Origin: an uncultured Gammaproteobacteria bacterium
GTDB lineage: Bacteria; Patescibacteriota; Microgenomatia; Levybacterales; GWA1-39-11
NCBI GenBank assembly: GCA_964641355.1
Contig: CAZXND010000001.1
Span: 87,858 to 151,857 of the forward strand
Reading direction: 5' to 3'
Length of the DNA stretch: 64,000 nucleotides
A model generated the notes under the pieces. That model ran no database searches, was not told the origin of the DNA, and saw only the letters and a program-made list of their open reading frames with translations. Of this stretch, positions 60,624 to 64,000 are shown piece by piece. The translations under genes and the position numbers were made by a program. The first letter of the stretch is position 1. Each line of letters opens with the position of its first letter.

Positions 60624-61613
60624 GTTTTGAAGATTTCCCTGAATAAACGATTCTATATTTTCGCAAGTTATTTCCGCAATTCTTTTTAATGATTCGACGC
60701 TATTAAATGCATTATGAGGTGTAATCAGAACATTAGGATTTTTCAAAAGAAAATGATTCTCTATAATTCCCATTAACTCTTGACTGTTGTAATTAGAATA
60801 AAAAAGCTCTGCTTCTTCTTTTAACATAGGTTCTTCTTCCAAAACGTCCAGTCCACAAGCAGATATTTTTTTAGAATTAAGATGATAGATGAGAGCTCTA
60901 GTATCAATTATCGCACCTCTTGCTGTATTTATTAAAACGACACCATCTTTCATTTTCGCTATTTTTTCATCGTCTATAAAATGGTGAGTTTCTTTGTTGT
61001 AAGGAATGTGAAGAGTTATAATGTCAGACTCGGATAACAATCGATCAAGACTCACAGCTTCGAAATTTAAAACCTCAGCAAGCTCTTGGTCGGGATGTTT
61101 TTGATAAGCAAGCACTCTCATTCCAAAACCATTTGCTATTTTCACAACATTTTTTCCTATATTTCCAACACCAATTACTCCTATTATTTTTTCTTTTAAA
61201 TCAAATCCAGTAAGACCATCTGGGGAAAAATTTCCATCTTTAACCCTTTTATAAGACTCGACAATCTTTCTTGATATAGAAAGAATTAATGCGAAGGTGT
61301 GCTCTGCAACAGTATGTTCTCCGTAGGTTGGGATATTTGCCACCACAATATTTCTATTTTTTGCCTCCTCAATGTCAATATGATCATAACCAGTAGACAT
61401 CGTAACTATGCATTTTAAGTTAGGGAGTTGATCAATAATTTCCTTTTTAACTTGTGAGTAGATGAATATGACTACTATTTCTGCGCTTGAAAAATCAGCA
61501 AGATTTGCCTCGTTAATTGTTTTGTCTGTAAAAGATATTTTATTTCCCCCACTTAGTCTTTCTTCAAAAAAACTTTTATCAGACTCTTTTGTTTCAAAAA
61601 ATGCTATATCCAT
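60609..61613 (-). CDS. D-isomer-specific 2-hydroxyacid dehydrogenase (NAD-binding)
   Basis: 334 aa; Rossmann motif GVIGVGNIGKNV and catalytic R...E...H pattern. Confidence 0.75.
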   Translation of the reverse strand: MDIAFFETKESDKSFFEERLSGGNKISFTDKTINEANLADFSSAEIVVIFIYSQVKKEIIDQLPNLKCIVTMSTGYDHIDIEEAKNRNIVVANIPTYGEHTVAEHTFALILSISRKIVESYKRVKDGNFSPDGLTGFDLKEKIIGVIGVGNIGKNVVKIANGFGMRVLAYQKHPDQELAEVLNFEAVSLDRLLSESDIITLHIPYNKETHHFIDDEKIAKMKDGVVLINTARGAIIDTRALIYHLNSKKISACGLDVLEEEPMLKEEAELFYSNYNSQELMGIIENHFLLKNPNVLITPHNAFNSVESLKRIAEITCENIESFIQGNLQNLITH

Positions 61614-61659
61614 AATACATTTTTGATTTTACATTAAAGAATTAATCTAATCAAGAAGG

Positions 61660-62517
61660 TTAGAACCAGGACTTCTTAGAAGATTCTTTTTGAAATTCCT
61701 CAAGAATCTCTTTTTCTCGATGGCTTAATTTTATAGGAATTTTAACTTTTATTTTAATAAATTGATCCCCTTTATTTTTATCTTTAATATGTTTTACTCC
61801 TTTTCCTCTTAATCTAATTATGGATTCTGGCTGGGTTCCTTGAGGAATCCTTATTTTTACTTTACCGTCGATCGTATCAACCTCGGTAGTTCCTCCAAGA
61901 GCAGCATAAGTAAAAGGAATCTCACTCTCTGTAATAATATCGTATCCTTCTCTCCTAAATCTTGGGTGAGGCGAAACACTTATTACTAAATCAAAGTCAT
62001 CAAATCTAATTCTTGACCCATTATCGACTCCTGCAGGTATTTTGATTTCTCTTGATTTTCCTTGAATATTCACTTTCTTTTGTATACCTCTAATTGCTTC
62101 CATAAAATCTAAATTAATAGAGTAAGAAGGTTTCCTTCTACCAAAAGGTGATCCTCCGAAAAATTGCTCGAATATATCAAATGGATCTGAAAATCCCCCA
62201 AAATCCCCTGCTTCCTGATCACCGTAATAAGTATAATTAAAAGGACCTTGGCCGTATGTCCTTCCTCCAAACCCTCCACTAAAAGGGCCCTGACCACCAT
62301 TGAAGGCGTTATGACCAAACTGATCATAAGCCTGCTTTTTTTGTGGATCGGATAAGACTTCGTAGGCTTCGTTTATTTCTTTGAATTTTTCTTCTGCTTC
62401 TTTTGTTTTGTTTCTATCTGGATGATATTCAAGTGCTAATTTTCTATAAGCTTTTTTAATCTCAGTTTCAGTTGCATCTTTTTTAACACCCAATACTTCG
62501 TAAAAATCTTTTTTCAT
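61660..62517 (-). CDS. J-domain co-chaperone without a zinc finger (CbpA/DnaJ class B-like)
   Basis: 285 aa: J domain with HPD, G/F-rich region, DnaJ C-terminal domains; no CxxCxGxG repeats. Confidence 0.75.
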   Translation of the reverse strand: MKKDFYEVLGVKKDATETEIKKAYRKLALEYHPDRNKTKEAEEKFKEINEAYEVLSDPQKKQAYDQFGHNAFNGGQGPFSGGFGGRTYGQGPFNYTYYGDQEAGDFGGFSDPFDIFEQFFGGSPFGRRKPSYSINLDFMEAIRGIQKKVNIQGKSREIKIPAGVDNGSRIRFDDFDLVISVSPHPRFRREGYDIITESEIPFTYAALGGTTEVDTIDGKVKIRIPQGTQPESIIRLRGKGVKHIKDKNKGDQFIKIKVKIPIKLSHREKEILEEFQKESSKKSWF

Positions 62518-62541
62518 CTGAATTTAAATATATTTTAGCAT

Positions 62542-62572
62542 GAACAAATAAAAACCTCGGACATCCGAGGTT
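62542..62572 (-). terminator. Intrinsic terminator or attenuator between dnaK and the J-domain gene
   Basis: The minus strand reads AAACCTCGG-ATGT-CCGAGGTTT (9-bp stem) followed by TTTATTTGTT. Confidence 0.55.
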
Positions 62573-62598
62573 TAAATTAAATTTGATTTAGCAAATAA

Positions 62599-64000
62599 TT
62601 AATTTTTTTCTTCATCAACCACTTCACCTTCAACAGGACCCTCTTTATCATCAGGGTTATTCTGCTTAGAATTGTCAGATTCCTGATTACCACTGTCCTG
62701 ATTTTTGTAGATTTGCTCACCCATCTTTGAAAGAGCAGTAGAAAGATCACTTGTCTTTACTTCTATTTCTTCCTTTTCTGCTGTATCAAGAATAGATTTA
62801 AGATTTGATATTTTTTCTTCGATTTCCTTTTTAAGATCGTCGTTTACTTTCCCTTCATTATCTTTTAATGATTTTTCTGCCGAGAAAATTAAATTATCGG
62901 CATTATTTCTAACCTCGATTTTTTCTTTCTTTTTCAGATCTTCTTCAGCATTCATTTCGGCTTCTTTTGTCATCTTCTCAATTTCTTCTTTAGATAAACC
63001 TGTTGATCCTGTTATTTTTATACTTTGCTCTTTTCCAGTAGCGTTATCCTTTGCTGTAACAGAAAGAATTCCTGATGCGTCAAGATCAAATGCAACTTCA
63101 ATCTGTGGCACGCCTCTAGGAGCAGGGGGTATACCATCTAACACAAATCTTCCAAGCGATTTATTATCTGCAGCCATAGGACGCTCTCCTTGGACTACAT
63201 TTATTTCGACTTGTGTTTGATTGTCACCTGCAGTTGAAAATACTTGGGACTTTTTAGTAGGAACCGTGGTGTTTCTTGGAATAAGTGGTGTAGCTACTCC
63301 GCCTAAAGTTTCTATTCCAAGAGTCAAGGGTGTCACATCAAGAAGAAGAACGTCTTTTACTTCCCCACCAAGTACTCCTGCTTGAACCGCAGCACCAACT
63401 GCAACTACCTCATCAGGATTAACGCTCTTATTTGGTTCCTTCCCAAAGAATTTAGTAACTTCGTCAATAATTTTAGGCATTCTTGTCATCCCTCCAACAA
63501 GTATCACCTCGTTAACATCTGATGCTTTAACACCAGCATCTGTTAAACATTTCTTAACAGGCTCAAAAGTACCAGTAATAAGATCTCCCACGAGCTGTTC
63601 TAACTTAGCTCTAGTTATCTTCATGTTTAAATGGAGAGGGCCAGAAGGACCCATTGTTATGAAGGGTTGGTTAATCTCTGCTTCAAGAGAAGTGGAAAGT
63701 TCTATTTTTGCTTTTTCTGCTGCTTCTTTAAGTCTTTGAAGTGCTTGTGGGTCTGCCTTTAAGTCTATACCATTCTCACGTTTAAATTCTTCTGCAAGAT
63801 AATTAATTATTTTTTTATCAAAATCGTCTCCTCCAAGGTGAGTATCCCCATTTGTTGCCTTTACTTCATAAACACCTTCTCCAAGCTCTAAAACAGAAAC
63901 GTCAAAGGTCCCTCCACCAAGGTCGTAAACAACTATTGTATGTGCATGTTTTTTATCAAGACCATAAGCAAGAGCTGCAGCAGTAGGTTCATTAACTATA
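62599..64000 (-). CDS. dnaK: Chaperone DnaK (Hsp70), 3' portion; the 5' end lies beyond the window
   Basis: Substrate-binding and lid domains ([14 protein letters not shown]) end in an acidic EEVD-like tail. The reading frame continues upstream of the ORF-track Met to the window edge. Confidence 0.9.
   Translation of the reverse strand, partial: IVNEPTAAALAYGLDKKHAHTIVVYDLGGGTFDVSVLELGEGVYEVKATNGDTHLGGDDFDKKIINYLAEEFKRENGIDLKADPQALQRLKEAAEKAKIELSTSLEAEINQPFITMGPSGPLHLNMKITRAKLEQLVGDLITGTFEPVKKCLTDAGVKASDVNEVILVGGMTRMPKIIDEVTKFFGKEPNKSVNPDEVVAVGAAVQAGVLGGEVKDVLLLDVTPLTLGIETLGGVATPLIPRNTTVPTKKSQVFSTAGDNQTQVEINVVQGERPMAADNKSLGRFVLDGIPPAPRGVPQIEVAFDLDASGILSVTAKDNATGKEQSIKITGSTGLSKEEIEKMTKEAEMNAEEDLKKKEKIEVRNNADNLIFSAEKSLKDNEGKVNDDLKKEIEEKISNLKSILDTAEKEEIEVKTSDLSTALSKMGEQIYKNQDSGNQESDNSKQNNPDDKEGPVEGEVVDEEKN

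Noticed and set aside
1-64000. CRISPR arrays, rRNA genes, transposases/IS elements, prophage blocks
   Set aside because: I saw no regularly spaced repeats, rRNA-like conserved stretches or transposase/integrase motifs. The DUF360 holin-like gene is isolated and lacks phage neighbours.

Overview
The window reads as a low-GC, gene-dense stretch of core information-processing genes from a reduced genome. About 90% of genes sit on the minus strand, and several are fused by overlapping start and stop codons. Reading right to left on the minus strand, the order is as follows. A partial dnaK is followed by a terminator and a J-domain protein gene. Next comes a nusA-infB-(DHH-like)-rpsO-pnp block, followed by a Lon-like AAA+ ATPase, RNase J, FtsK, RodZ and a YtxG/YtxH-like pair. 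These are followed by yvcK, nth, alaS, sortase with a large PilM/FtsA-like membrane protein, mltG and a nucleoside phosphorylase. rpoB-rpoC-rpsL-rpsG then follow, carrying a strong sigma70-like promoter upstream of rpoB. After that come guaB-guaA-fusA, a two-subunit ATP-citrate lyase (aclB-aclA), and a cell-wall cluster (murB, Tat-signal lytic transglycosylase, LytR_C protein, GH18-like hydrolase). The window ends with tuf and its own promoter, and the S10-spc-(secY-adk-map) ribosomal protein cluster. I found no rRNA, tRNA or CRISPR. The clearest Candidate Phyla Radiation (CPR)/Patescibacteria-like signatures are the absence of ribosomal protein L30 (rpsE abuts rplO), a C-Ala-less AlaRS, a minimal IF2, a CBS-less IMPDH, and many low-complexity protein tails. 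The main surprises are an ATP-citrate lyase operon inside a broken-up str operon, a NUDIX gene plus an intrinsic terminator between rpsJ and rplC, an unannotated rpmJ (L36) between rplX and rplE, an L24 carrying a Cys4 knuckle, a stand-alone Lon AAA+ module, and an NrnA-like protein whose catalytic DHH motif reads DNN. All calls rest on reading the translations and the DNA by eye; no searches were run.
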